From Paraspadella gotoi (taxonomy: Eukaryota > Animalia > Chaetognatha), in contig CM119264.1 in assembly GCA_051294375.1 (NCBI GenBank), forward strand, positions 15,463,473 to 15,527,472: DNA of 64,000 nucleotides, given 5' to 3'. Below are positions 24,869 to 38,567 of the stretch, piece by piece. Made by a program: the position numbers and the translations under genes. How positions within the stretch are numbered: position 1 is the first letter of the stretch; every line of letters begins with the position of its first letter. The notes under the pieces are model-generated. The model was not told where the DNA came from and made no database searches. It saw only the letters and a program-made list of their open reading frames with translations.

Positions 24869-25159
24869 TTTTCTTCCAAACTGATTCAACTTATACATTT
24901 TTCTAATCCATTTATTGTTTACGTCAGTATTATTTAAAAAAAAAAAACTTCGTGAGCCTTCTTAGTCAAGCTGTTAGCCGAATTGATGTTTCTATTCCAT
25001 AACAATTAAATAATTATTGTTAATTTCTACGTTCAACTGAATAAAATGTATTTCTGAACAATTAATTGAGAGTTGCTTCATAACAAAACAAAGTATTTTG
25101 AGTGTTAAACCCAAATACAAATAACGACTTAGCTTTTGCATTTGTCATGATAAATTTAT

Positions 25160-27773
25160 TAGAGAAAAACATTCGTTTCGGGGCGAGGGGGGATCAGGAT
25201 TCCGGGTTTTCACGCTTTTTTTTTGGTCACCTCTTAATTCCCGCCAGAAGACCAATTAAATATTATAAAAATGGTTAGATTTCGAAAGCGGGGCGTCTTG
25301 GGAAGCCCGTGTCGGTGGAGCACTCGAAAAATTCGGTCATCTTGATATGGTACGATGGACCCAAAGTGGACTGGTTTTACGGCATTTTCACTTTTCGTAC
25401 TTGAACTTACTCATTCTCCGTAGACTACACTAAATACTATACATATGGTTACACAGTCAGATAGATTTTGATTTGTCTAAAACAGGGTATCTAATTTTTT
25501 TTAAATTTTACCAAGCTTGCTTGTTTAATTTAACAATCCTTGTTAACGAGTTTTTCGGCCTTAATTCCCGCGTTTCGCCAGTCTTAATTAGTTCTATTAA
25601 ACTGACCTGAGAGATCAATTTCTGCGTTGTCTTATGTTTCTGGGTGGAGCACTCGAAAAAATTTACAGTGTTTTAATATGAAATAAGGAAATCCTGGACT
25701 TTTGTTTGCTCTGGGATTCTTTACACGGCCTCGAATTGCGCATAACTTACATTACCGCCAGAACCAAATCGAAAGCCATGCACTCCGTCGAGCCAGCCGC
25801 GGTTCACGAATCCGAGAGTTGTTGATTTTCGTGTTTATAAACATTATTCCCGCCCGATTTTTTCTTTTTTTTACGAAAATTATAATGATAGACAGATTTT
25901 ACGTTAAAATAATACATTTATTTGTTATTTTTAGAAAATATTGGACTGTTCGTAAAACTGTGGCGTTGTTGACACCGGAGTCACGACTAAGTTAAAAACA
26001 GTCAATATAGTTTTCGAGAACCATCAACTATTTTTCCAAAAGTTAACAGGCTTCATAATACGAATACTAAATATTGTAATGTTCAAACTATATTAAATCT
26101 TATTATTGCTGTTAATTTTATTATTAGGACCCGCCGAACAATCTTCTTTACTTGTGCGCACTAAACTTTTCATTTTGACTCATTAAATTGATTCTGTTGA
26201 TATTCGTTGTTACGGTAAAAAACACTTCTCACTACGTTTCAAATAGCTAAATTAGTTTATACCAAAAAAGTGCCCTGGGGCAGGAAATCGACCAATTAGC
26301 AATACAAATTTTAATGGCCCAAGAAAGTGGAAAGAAAGAAAGTGGGAAGTTATTATATTTTTTCACATAGAAAACTCTATTAGCGAAAATTGTTTTATGG
26401 ACTGCCATATGAGGACGCTGTTACGGTTATGACGTTCAGGATCGTCTGCCTCCGTTCATCTGCGATTCATGGACTCGTAATTATTGACTTTTAAGATTTT
26501 TTTTCTTTGGCATTCCTGGAGATTAATACACTCCAGAGGTTTATGGGAAAATAAAGTTTTTCTAATGAATTAACGTATGAGAAAGAGGAACATAGGGAAG
26601 AAGATAATTTTTCAGAAAGAAAAAATTTTAAAAAATTCAAATATAATTTTTTAATAATTGTTATTAATAGCATTATTATATTATTATTTGATTATTATAT
26701 TAGGTTTTTATAAATTAAAAAAAATTAAGATTAAATATAAGTTAAAAAGAATAATAATTTTGGATTAAATATAAATTAAGATAAGTTAAGGTTAATGATA
26801 ATTTAAGAGTTAATGATAAGTTAGGGTTAATAATAAGTTAGGGTAATAGTGAATTAAGTTAATAGCGAATTAAGGTTAATAATAAATTAAGGTTAAAGTA
26901 AGTTAGGGTTAATGGAAATAAGGGTTAAAATAAATTAAGGCTAAGTTTGGTTAAGGGTAAATTAGGGTTAAGGGTAAATTAGGGTTAGGGGCAAATTAGG
27001 GTTAAGGGTAATAATTTAAATATAAATTTTATTAAGTAATATATTAATAAATAATATATTTATAAAAAAATTAAAAAAATATTTTTTAAAAAAATTTTAA
27101 ATAAAAAAAATTTTTAAAAAATATTTTACCACGTAGCTTATCCAATAAATTCAGCATTTTTAAGGCTATGGTTTTTACAATTAATTTTTTTTTTTAATAT
27201 TTTATTTTTTTATATTCTTTCTTTTTCATTTTCTCATAAGATTCCCGAGCGTATTAAACTCCAAGATCGCCCTTTTGCAGTTTAGTTTTTTGATTACATT
27301 TTACATGATCATTGGACGTCTTGACCTTCCTTGCTGCCTCACCTTCTACTCCACCTTAAGCTACCTTTGTAAAGTCCAGATGACTATCTTTAACTCAGAT
27401 ATAACTTTCGGCTCGTCTCGGGATTCGGCTGTCTTTGAAGAAGACTCTTTGGACTCACAACGACGCCACTTTGGGGCGCCGGGAGATCACTTTCCTGGGT
27501 TTTCAGCGAACCTCCGTCTCCGTCGTAATACCTTTTTTTCGGCTCCCCCTCCGTCGCCATCTTGGTTCAAATTTTCCGCGCCGCCGCCGTTGCCGATTGC
27601 TGGGACTTGGTGGTGCGACGCTCATTTTTCCCCTCTTAAAGAAGAATTATACTCTGGGCGTTTGCGTCACCGCCCTCCCGCCGAGAACTTTATGGGCAAC
27701 GCTTGACGATCAGGCTCGCTCCGTGCTCGCTCCGCCCCAACCGCCTTCCAAGACCAACTATCACTGCGAACTA
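25160..27773 (-). mobile_element. Right half of the ~6.4-kb hAT-like element at a different insertion site (inverted)
   Basis: Begins TAGAGAAAAACATTCGTTTC and is the reverse complement of 42257-44999. The flank (AAATTTAT) differs from that of the 38568-44999 copy. Ends at an N gap. Confidence 0.75.
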
Positions 27774-28099
27774 NNNNNNNNNNNNNNNNNNNNNNNNNAG
27801 ATCGGTGTCTCGCTTTCGTCTTATCTGCCGATTCGATTGGTTACCTTCCTGTATATTAATGTTGTGACTTTTAAATCTTGTCTTCTTTCTCTTTGCGTTT
27901 TCTCCTGCGGAGTATCTATCTACATCCAGAACGGTTTCTACTGTGGCAAATACTACGTTTTCTCTTCGTCTACATAATCAACGTTCATGTGAGACTCAAG
28001 AGGTACACTCACTCGAGATAACATATTTTCTCGTCATAAGACACTAACTTTAAAAACTTCAATACTCTCTACTAATCTTTTCATCTACTCGTCTTTTTA

Positions 28100-31000
28100 T
28101 TTTAGCATTTATCTCATTATTACTATTTCTGATTATTTTTATATTAGGTTTTTAAAATTAAAATTAATATATATTAAATATTTTAAATATTAAGTATACA
28201 AAAAATAATAAGTGTTGGAATTAAATATAAATTGATGAGTTATATGTTTATGTTAATGATAATTTTTAAGGTTAATGAATATACGTGTTAGAGGTTTAAT
28301 TAATAACGTTTGAAGGATAATAAGTGATATCAAGGGTTAACAATTTTATTAGTGTTAATGTAAATAAGGTGGTGTTTTCACACGAGAGCGTAAGCTTCGA
28401 AAGTGAATATGCTATATTATATGTTACGGCGTGAGAACATACGGGTTAACGGGGCAAAATCTAGGAGCAAGGTACAATAATTAAGAGATAATTTATTAAG
28501 CTAAATTGTATTATAAGAGACGATCGAAATCAGTTTTATAAAACAAAGAATTAAAAAAAATATTTTTTAAAAAAATTAAATCGAAGGAGCAGAGGACTTT
28601 AAATAAGAACACAAATTATCGTAAGAAAAAATGAGTTTTACGCACGTAGCCTATCTCAATAAAATTCAGCAAGGTGTATATTAGGCTGGTAGTTATTATA
28701 ACAATTAATTTTTTTTTTAAATATTTTGATTTTTTATATTCTTTCTTATTAGTTCATTTCTCATAAGATTCCGAGCGTATTAAACTGCCAGAATCCCTTA
28801 TTGGCGAGGTTTAGTTTTTTGATTACAAATGTATGTGACAGAGTAGGATCAAGTAGGAAGAGAGTTCTGGAACTTCCGTTGAGACTCATCCGTATCTACT
28901 CTCCACACGCGTGTGAGATCGAGTCCTCTCATCCCTGCCACTATGCAAATGTGTGATATTAAAGATAGAGATAATATGGTAGCTTGAAGGTGGAGTAGAA
29001 AGGTTCGAGAGAGAAGGAAGAAAGAGGCAGCAAGAGAGAGAAGATACGAAATCACTTCCACAGGGGAAGAATCATGTAAAAGTAATACAACAAAAACTTA
29101 AACTGCAAGAGAAAGGGCGATCTTAGAATTTAAATACACAGGGCATCAGGGTAATCTTATGAAGAAAATGAAAAAAGAAAGTAATGTAGTTTAAAAAAGA
29201 AATATAAAGTAATATTAAAAGAAAAAAGAAAAAATGTATTGGTTAAAAAACCAATAGCCTTAAAATGCTGAGAGATTAAAGTATAAGATGAGACTAACGA
29301 TAAAGGTATAAAAAATATATTATATATTAGAAAAATATAATATATATTTAAGAAAAAATATTTTTATAAAAGTAAATTTTTTTAGAAATCAAGTTGATAT
29401 TAAATAATTTTATATTTTAAGATAAGAAAGTAAAGAAAAGCTTAAAAAATAAATATAAATTGAATTAAGAATATACGCATTAACCGCTAATATTTCCGCC
29501 ATAACCACCCTACACATAATAACGCAATAGTTACACTAGAAGATAACCCCAAACATTAAGCACACTATAGGAATATTAATTAAAAACCCTTATTATTTAC
29601 CATTAAACCCTAACTTACTGTTAAGCTATTAACCTTAATTCACCTATTACCCTTAACTTATTTATTAACCCTTAACTTATCATTAACTTAAATTATCATT
29701 AACCTTAACTTACTCTTAATTATATTATTTAATCCAAAATTATTATTCTTTTTAACTTAATTTAATCTTAATTTTTTTTAATTTATAAAACCTAATATAA
29801 TAAATCAAATAATAATATAATAATGCTATAATAACAATTATTAAAAAATTATATATGAATTTTAAAACTTTTTCTTTCAAAATTATCTTCTTCCGTATGT
29901 TCTCTCTTCTACAATAGTTAATTATAAAGAAAAACTTTATTTTCCCAATAAAACCTCTAGTGTATTAATCCCAGGAATGCCAAGAAAAACAAATCTTAAA
30001 AGTCAATAATTACGAGTCCATGAATCGAACAAGAAAGAATATAAAGCAAAGCAGAAGAACGATCCCAATGAACGTAATCAAAACTACTGCTAGAGCCCAG
30101 ACCAACTAATACAAAAAAAATATATATACAAAAGAAATAATTGATGATCCATTAAAACAAATTTTCACTAATAGATTTCTTATATGTATAAAGAAATTAT
30201 ATTAAATAAACTCTCGACCACTTCTTCTTTCTGCATGACCACTTTACTTTGTCGGCCATTCTTAAAATCGTGTGCGATATTGATTTCCTCAAATGTGGTC
30301 AGATTTATCATCGCCCCAGGGGTCACTTTTTTTGGTAAGTCGAATAGAGTATTAGCTAATTTGAAGGACGGGAGAAGTGTATAGGATGTACCGTAGACAA
30401 CAAAATTAGAATTCGATTTAAATATAAGATGGCAAAGAATGAAAGGTATTTGGGATTGACACGCACAAGGAATATGAAGAGTTGGCTTCGGAGGAATCAT
30501 GTGGCGACTAATAAAGTAAGATGGGAATTAAACAAAGGCAAAGAAATAAGATTAATATAGGTTTGACATCGTACCAACTATCATGTATTCGTATTATGAA
30601 AGCTGTTTTAACTTTTTGGAAAAATTAGTGGATGGGTTCTCGAAAACTATATTGACTGTTTTAACTTGGTCGGGTGAGGGGAACTGCTCGGGACCTAGTA
30701 TTACACAACAGAGGCAACAGATATTTTACGAAAGGAGTGTGGCAAATAAATTATCTAAAGATAGTAACAATAGAGCGATGATCATATGAGAAGCGTAAAG
30801 AACATCTAAGTTCATTAGAAGTTTTCGGCAGTTAAAAAGAAAGTGAAAGAAGAAAGAAACAGTACGGGAGAGAGATAGAGAAAAGAAATATGTGTAAACA
30901 GCGTAAATGACATCAGACAAACGTGGTCGCTGATTATGTTAATAGACGCATGGCGTCTAGGGACTGGCGGACGGATTGAAGAGATTCCCATGGCTTTCGA

Positions 31001-31635
31001 TTTGGTTCTGGCGGTAATGTAAGTTATAGCACATTCAGGGCCGTGTAAAGAATCCAGAGCAAACAAAAGTCCAGGATTTCCTACTATGTATTTATATTAA
31101 AATCACGTGTAAATTTCGAGAGTTGCACACCCAGAAAATAAGACAACGCAGAAATTTGATCTCTCAGGTCAGTTTAATAGAACTAATAAGACTAGAAGAC
31201 TGGCCAAGAAGCGGGGAATTAAGCGCTGAAAAACGAAAACTCGGTTACAAGGATTTGTAAATTAAACAAGCAAGCTTGGTAAAATTTAAAAAAAATTAAG
31301 ATACCCTAGTTTTAGACAAATATAAAAATCTATTGACTGTGTAACCATATGTTATTATATTGTGTAGTCTCGAGGAATGAGTAATCAAGTACGGAAAGTG
31401 AGAAATGCCGTAAAACCAGTCCACTTTGGGTCCATCGTACCATATCAAGATGACGACGAATTTTCGAGTGCTCCACCACACGGGCTTCCCAGAGACCCCC
31501 GCTTTCGAAATCTAACCATTTTATAATATTTTAATTCGGTCTTTGCGGGAATTAAGTAAATGACCAAAAAAAAGGTGAAAACCCGAATCCTGATCCCCCC
31601 TCGCCAAACACAGAAATGTTTTAATCTATACTAAT
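28100..31635. repeat. Very noisy redundant copies of the hAT-like element's right half (gap-fill)
   Basis: 28100-28830 parallels 26680-27300, and 29090-31630 is an indel-rich reverse complement of 25160-27290. Confidence 0.7.
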
Positions 31636-32439
31636 GCTTTTTCTCTTAACTTGTAAAGATACTAAAAATAAAAACATTTCTAGACACTTTTTTAGAACAA
31701 TGACTACAATGACTCAGTGACTCAGTGACTCAAGTGACATCACAATGAACTGCTCAGTGACTTCCAGTGATCAGGTGACTCAGTGACTCACATAGATCAG
31801 CCGACTTTCAAAACGAGATTCATATAAAAAAAACGTAACAATCGTTACTTTATGTGACCAAAATTTATAGTTGAAAGATTTCAATTCAAACTGATTTTTG
31901 ACATCTCGGTTTGTCCACTTAGGAACAGTGATAGCTGATGCATGACGTTCTCGAATTTGGAACAATGAACAACTAGCATGAATACAATGAACGAACTGAC
32001 TAAGGGATGAACAATGACACTTGACTATCTACTGAGGATGACATGATCACTGGACACTGATGCTTTGCATTTGACACTGACTTCCTTACTATGATATCAA
32101 TGAGAGCTTGATGCTGATAATTGACATACTGCTGGACTGACAGGATAACCTGACAATGACACTGATGGCTGGACATTGACACCTTCGCCAATCGTTCGAC
32201 CAAATTATTCGTCGAGTCTGGGGAAATTCTGCCGCGTTCTGCGGAGCCACGCCTCCTTTGAGAGAAATGAGGATCAATTGAAGGTAGATGGCGCAGATCG
32301 AGGCATGAATGCAAATGCAAAATGGAGATGGTCAAATCGATGAGCCAAATGCAAGAATGGCAGATTGCTAGATTGAGAAATCGACACTCTAACGATCAGG
32401 TTTAGTGGAGTATAACGGGCCAGGATTTGCTTAAAGAGA

Positions 32440-33030
32440 TTAAGGTATCCGGATTAGGTATTAGGTATTATGGGGATTAGGTATTGCGCCAATGTGGGGA
32501 TAGCTATTAGGAGTTTAGTTATAATGGGATTAGGTATTAGGGGTATGTATTAAGGGTTCGTTTAATTGGGGACTTACGGTATTAAGTGTTTAGTTATTTG
32601 GGGATTAGGTATAAGGGATTAGGTATTAAGGGATTAGGGATTAGGGATTAAGGATTAGGTTTTAGTGATTAGGAATTGTGGGATTAGGTATTGGGTTAGA
32701 GATTAGTATTAGGAGATTAGGATTAGTTGGGGATTATGGTATTAATAGGTATTAGGATTAGATTAGGGATTATGTATTTAGGATAGGTATTGTGGATAGG
32801 TATTGAGGGATTAGTATTAGGATTAGGTATTGTGGGATTTAGGTTAATTAGGATTAGGCTATTAGGTTTAAGGCGTATTGGGGATTAGTTAGGTTTAGGA
32901 TTGGATTTAGCTACTGGGATTAGGTATTAGGGTTGTAGGTATGGAGAATTAGGTATTTTTAGGGATTAGGATAGGGATATTGGCGGATAGGATATGTGAT
33001 TAGGTATTGGCAATCTAGGTATTCGGGTCT
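32440..33030 (+). repeat. Degenerate minisatellite (GGGATTAGGTATTG)n, telomere-like
   Basis: About 590 bp of 7/14-nt periodic GGGATTA/GGTATT units. Confidence 0.75.
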
Positions 33031-33264
33031 AAAGATTAAACAATTGAATGTGGCAACTCACCGGAAAAATAAGCCAAATAAGAAATGAGGATATACTTTT
33101 TTTCCCTTTTAAAACCGACCAAATTCCTTCTCGATAGGAATTCCCCAAAATAGTGCGATGCAGTTCGACAGCATTTATAATGATAGATAAAAACCGCGCT
33201 CCACCCTAAATGCAGAGAGGAACGATGTGGGCTTTTCCCTCTCTCTCTCGGGTCTCTCTTACGT

Positions 33265-33980
33265 AGTCTGCTCGAATATCGTCGAGCGTCTTTACCGTCC
33301 CAGATTAGTATATTCCTTTTCTCCGTAGTGCAATCTAAAGCCAAACTGAGAGAGATGATGACCGGCACGAAAACTTTTTTGGTATCTAAACTAGAAATAA
33401 GCAATCAAACTCGGTTTAGAGAAGAGGAAAATAAGGAAAGCAGTTTGTATGTATGTATATATTAGGTGACGCGCAGCTTAAACCATCAAAGCCTGCCATC
33501 ATGGCGAAGATAGCCTCCGTTGATTTAAATGACATTATAATGGGATATATTTTTATCATTTGTGGTTGTTCCAATCTGCACCTAACATGATTTTATAATA
33601 GTTCTACACAATCTACATGTGAGTCTAAGTGAAGTTCGAATAATGAGGAGAAAAAAAAATTAAAATGTATTGTCATTTCAGGATTCATACAGTGAATGAC
33701 TTGTTAATGAATCCTAGTTTCTCGCCAAGAGAATTGTGTGTGATCGATATATGCGAAAGGTGAGAACGATCTCGTGGTGTCCGTCGTCGTCGCTGCGATC
33801 GTCTTCGATACGTCACACATTATGCGTCTCGGTGCAGTCGTCGATCTTTTCGTCGTCGTCGTCGTCGTCGGACGTCGTCGTCGCATGATCATATATATAT
33901 CACACTTCAATCTATTGATTACAGCTCAATTATCGCGAATTAGAATTCTGTTATTAGTACTTTTTCATATAATGTCTTGA
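33265..33980 (+). CDS. 3' exons of an unidentified gene with a hydrophobic C-terminus
   Basis: Exon-like pieces including GDAQLKPSKPAIMAKIASVDLNDIIM, tttcag|..IHTVNDLLMNPSFSPRELCVIDICE|gtgaga (33682-33759) and a final RILLLVLFHIMS*. Confidence 0.35.
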
Positions 33981-34224
33981 TACTATACCTTTGGCGAGAT
34001 CCTTATACTATTTTAAATTTTTGTTATAGATTAATGTATTATATCCAAAATATTATAAAATGTAATTAATTTAATCTTTATTTTTTACATGTAGATCTGA
34101 TATTTGTCAAATATCTGTTTTTTTAAGTGTATATCAATTATAAAATAAAAAATAATGTGTTTACTTTTATAGTCTAAAAGTTTATATCCGGTGTGAGACG
34201 TAAGGCCATTATTCTAAATTTAGT

Positions 34225-35373
34225 TAATTAAACATCAGGACAACAAAACACAAAAAGCAAAGCTTGACCGAAGTCGGCCCATGCCGGGGTCTGTATAACG
34301 CCCCGGTTCTCTGAGGTCTTTCTTCTAGGTCACAATCCAACTTTTCCTTTCATAAATCTTATTTTCCTCAAACCAGTGCTGAAATGGGAATAATTTAAAA
34401 ATCTCGATGTGTAGAAAAAGAGATACAACGGATCGCTCTAGCAAAACATGAGGGGGGGTGAAAGGAAAGAATGAAAAATAGTCAAAATAAAAAATGAATG
34501 AAAATAAATAAAAATGAAACAGGAGGCAAAAAGTAAACAAGAGGAAGGAAAATAATATTAGACGACTCACTTTACACAACGCGGAACCCTAAATCCATCC
34601 GCTTTAATTACACAACCCTGGAAATAAATATACAGTTAAACAGTGATTTCAGGAGATTTTTGCGCTTGTGTCCCACAAATTGTTCGTGAGAGAAGATTCG
34701 AAGACGCATTTGTCTATAAGTCGCGTCGTCCTACTTATGATAAATCTGTTCAGATTTTATAATATTACAAATAACATTCAAATTACTAAAAGTATTACTT
34801 ATGTCAATCCCAATATTACATCTGAAATGCGCATTAAATAATCTCTTTTCTTTTAAAATAATTTCCTTTCCCGCATATTTTTTCTCATACCCCTTACGAC
34901 TTACAATTAACAAATCTCATCATCTGTATGAAAAAAAGTTAATGCGGTGAAATATTTGTGAATCTCGTTTTGATAAAACAATTTTCCACCTGTTGTTCTT
35001 TTTTCCCCTCGTTTCCTCTTTACCACGAAAAAATATATTTAAATGATAAAATTTAAAAAAAAAAAAATAACTAGCTATTTTTAAACAAAATAATTGTAGG
35101 GATGGACAGACAGACAGACAGACAGACAGACCAATAAAATATCGTTCATCGTATCTCGTTTCTCCTTCGAACTGGAAAAATCTTTTGTGAGGGGGCGAAG
35201 GATGGACGAAAAAACAAAGATGCGGAAACCGACGTCGCATTAATTGGTCGCCATGGGAACAACAAAGCGTTCGGGGTGAGGGTGTAGTTGTGGCCCAATC
35301 TGTGAGGTGCGTGGGAGTACTTGCACAAAATGACTCTCTTTTCTAGAAAGGCGACCCAACTTCTGTACTTGAT
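34225..35373 (-). CDS. Unidentified gene with many small exons (noisy)
   Basis: Successive exons with AG/GT borders: IKYRSWVAFLEKRVILCKYSHAPHRLGHNYTLTPNALLFPWRPINATS | FEGETRYDERYFI | GGKLFYQNEIHKYFTALTFFHTDDEI, then DDATYRQMRLRIFSHEQFVGHKRKNLL and GCVIKADGFRVPRCVK. Later junctions do not phase cleanly. Confidence 0.5.
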
Positions 35374-36129
35374 CTGTAACACTTATTTTACCTTTTTAGT
35401 TACCCGAATCCATAGTGTAATCTCTAAACCATAATCCTAAACCCGATAGCCTAATATTTTTACTCTAATCCCCAACCAAATCCCTTTATTTAACCTTAAT
35501 CCCTTGTCTCGCATCTTAATCCTAAAACAATAATCAATAGACAGAGTATCAGAAACCGAAACGATTACATCGCGTTTAATGCCAAATTCTCTTTTAAACC
35601 CGTAAATATAAAACTCTAATATCTCCGTAAAAATTAAAAACACGGAAAAAAAAATTTAAAATTATTTAAAAAGGGAAAATTGGGGACTTTGGTAACAATA
35701 AGAGCTTTGGTTATGCTTTTGGTGTTAACTAAACGTCGTTTTTCTGTCACCTTGTTTTTTTTTATTAAAATTTTAAATATCATTTCTCTCTTTCTCTTTC
35801 TATCTTACTCATCTCGAGTGAAAAATTATATATGCGATCTACTTAACTTAAATGTTACTAATATATAAGTTTAAGAATATTTCTAAATTATTGGTGTTCT
35901 CTCTCTCTCTCTCTCTCTGCCTCTCTCTCTCTCTCTCTCACTCTCTCTCTCTCTCTTCTTTCTCGTCTTCTCTTGTATCTTCCTCTCTCTCTCTTCTCTC
36001 TCTCTCCCTCTCTCTTCTCTCTCCTCTCCTCTCTCTGTCATCTTCTCTCCTAAGTCTCGCTCCATATTAGATTTATTGGATTCATTCTTGGAAAGTGTGG
36101 TTGTATACCATATAAGTATCAAATTTATT

Positions 36130-37571
36130 AACATGAACGTCATAACCGTAACAGCGTCCTCATATGGCAGTCCATAAAACAATTTTCGCTAATAGAGTTT
36201 CTATGTGAAAAAATATAATAACTTCCCACTTTCTTTCTTTCCACTTTCTTGGGCCATTAAAATTTGTATTGCTAATTGGTCGATTTCCTGCCCCAGGGCA
36301 CTTTTTTTGGTATAAACTAATTTAGCTATTTGAAACGTAGTGAGAAGTGTTTTTTACCGTAACAANNNNNNNNNNAGTATTGTCACTATGTAGTTCGCAG
36401 TGATAGTTGGTCTTGGGAAGGCGGTTGGGGCGGAGCGAGCACGGAGCGAGCCTGATCGTCAAGCGTTGCCCATAAAGTTCTCGGCGGGAGGGGCGGTGAC
36501 GCAACGCCCAGAGTATAATTCTTCTTTAAGAGGGGAAAAATGAGCGTCGCACCACCAAGTCCCAGCAATCGGCAACGGCGGCGGCGCGGAAAATTTGAAC
36601 CAAGATGGCGACGGAGGGGGAGCCGAAAAAAGGTATTACGACGGAGACGGAGGTTCGCTGAAAACCCAGGAAAGTGATCTCCCGGCGCCCCAAAGTGGCG
36701 TCGTTGTGAGTCCAAAGAGTCTTCTTCAAACGCCGAATCCCGAGACGAGCCGAAAGTTATATNNNNNNNNNNNNNNNNNNNNNNNNNNNNNNNNNNNNNN
36801 NNNNNNNNNNNNNNNNNNNNNNNNNNNNNNNNNNNNNNNNNNNNNNNNNNNNNNNNNNNNNNNNNNNNNNNNNNNNNNNNNNNNNNNNNNNNNNNNNNNN
36901 NNTTATATCTGAGTTTAAAGATAGTCATCTGGACTTTTAAAAGGGTAGCTTAGAGGTGAGTAGAAGGTGAAGGCAGCAAGGAAGGTCAGAGAACCTCCAT
37001 ATTGATCATTGCGTAAGATGGTAATCAAAAACATAAATCTGCCGAAAAAAAAAATTAATTGTAAAAACCATAGCCTTAAAAATGCTGAATTTATTGGATA
37101 GGCTACGTGGTAAAATATTTTTTAGAAATTTTTTTTATTTAAAATTTTTTTAAAAAATATTTTTTTAAATTTTTTTATAAATATATTATATTAATATATT
37201 ACTTAATAAAATTATATTTAAATTATTANNNNNNNNNNNNNNNNNNNNNNNNNNNNNNNNNNNNNNNNNNNNNNNNNNNNNNNNNNNNNNNNNNNNNNNN
37301 NNNNNNNNNNNNNNNNNNNNNNNNNNNNNNNNNNNNNNNNNNNNNNNNNNNNNNNNNNNNNNNNNNNNNNNNNNNNNNNNNNNNNNNNNNNNNNNNNNNN
37401 NNNNNNNNNNNNNNNNNNNNNNNNNNNNNNNNNNNNNNNNNNNNNNTTATTATTAACCTTAATTCGCTATTAACCTTAATTCACTATTACCCTTAACTTA
37501 TTATTAACCCTAACTTATCATTAATCTTAAATTATCATTAACCTTAACTTACTCTTAATTTATATTTAATC
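36130..37571 (+). repeat. Fragmented contigs of the hAT-like element separated by N gaps
   Basis: Pieces are reverse complements of 26200-26440, 27400-27773 and 26760-27190. Confidence 0.75.
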
Positions 37572-38567
37572 NNNNNNNNNNNNNNNNNNNNNNNNNTGCA
37601 AGTGTGTATTTTATTTAAATAAAAAAGAAAAAAGCAGAATAAGGAAAAAGGTTTTTTGTTTTTTTTTCATTTTAAACCATTTCCACTCGAACGATCTTTA
37701 CAATCTTACAAATCTTACAATTTTTCATAGTAAAAATTTCACTAGTTATTGTTAACAAAAAGATTGTTTAAAATTATTTTACCAATGAATTACATGTCTA
37801 AAGAGAGTATTTTTTATAAATAATAACAAATATAAAATTTCTAAAGGAAGGAAGCGATGTGCACTCGAAACCGAAAGCGATCCGGGCTGAAAAAGTAAGG
37901 ATTGCACCCGAAAACGGGAGCGGGAGGGGTCTTGGAAGCGCCGGATGGCAGCGGCGGAAAAATCGATCGCTTCCACAATCTCTTGGTCTTGAGATTTGAA
38001 TGCCAAGATCATTGAAGAAAAATTTTTTACTTCCGGCTTTCGGGTCCTTCTTATCTTCTTTACCTCTGAGTTGGTTCATTTCAGTGGTCATTTATGTTTA
38101 CCTATGAATTGAATTTTAAATTGACTGGTCAAAACTTACATTTTTACATTTTATTACAATTGTTAAAACAAAATACATAAAAAAAATGATTTGGTCGAAC
38201 ATCGCGTCATCAAAGTTCACAATTTAATAAAATATTACCTATGAACGGTGCTTCGGTACCTAAAAAATTAGGGAAAAATATTTAATACTTATGCTGCAAA
38301 AAAAATTTTTAAGTCAACTTTTAATTGAGTATTTGTGAGGTGCGTTTTATTTGAACTAAAAACAGCGTTTTAACTCATTTTATAGTTTTAACGATTGATA
38401 AACATATAAGGTTGACAAATTAAAAAAACCGCCTTCTTTCATTGAAAGGGAAGCATCAGCAAATTAATGTTCTCTCAATCGACAGCTTTTTGCGGAAAAA
38501 GATTCTTATGAGGAATTTAATCTTTAAAAATTATCTATACATAAAAAACATTTCGAAACATACTTAT

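Noticed and set aside
25160-31635. Giant ~6.5-kb genomic palindrome
   Set aside because: The second arm is extremely indel-rich, follows an N gap and ends with the flank of the other insertion site. It is best explained as redundant gap-fill reads.
31690-32400. AGTGACTC repeats and ORF 32000-32335
   Set aside because: Low-quality, low-complexity gap-fill with no coherent protein or element structure.
32440-33030. Chromosome end or telomere-addition site
   Set aside because: The unit is GGGATTAGGTATT-like, degenerate and internal, with no pure (TTAGGG)n run.
33500-33760. PP1-like phosphatase N-terminus (VDLNDIIM.IHTV)
   Set aside because: No downstream GDIHGQ/GDYVDRG motifs, and the gene appears to end ~200 bp later.
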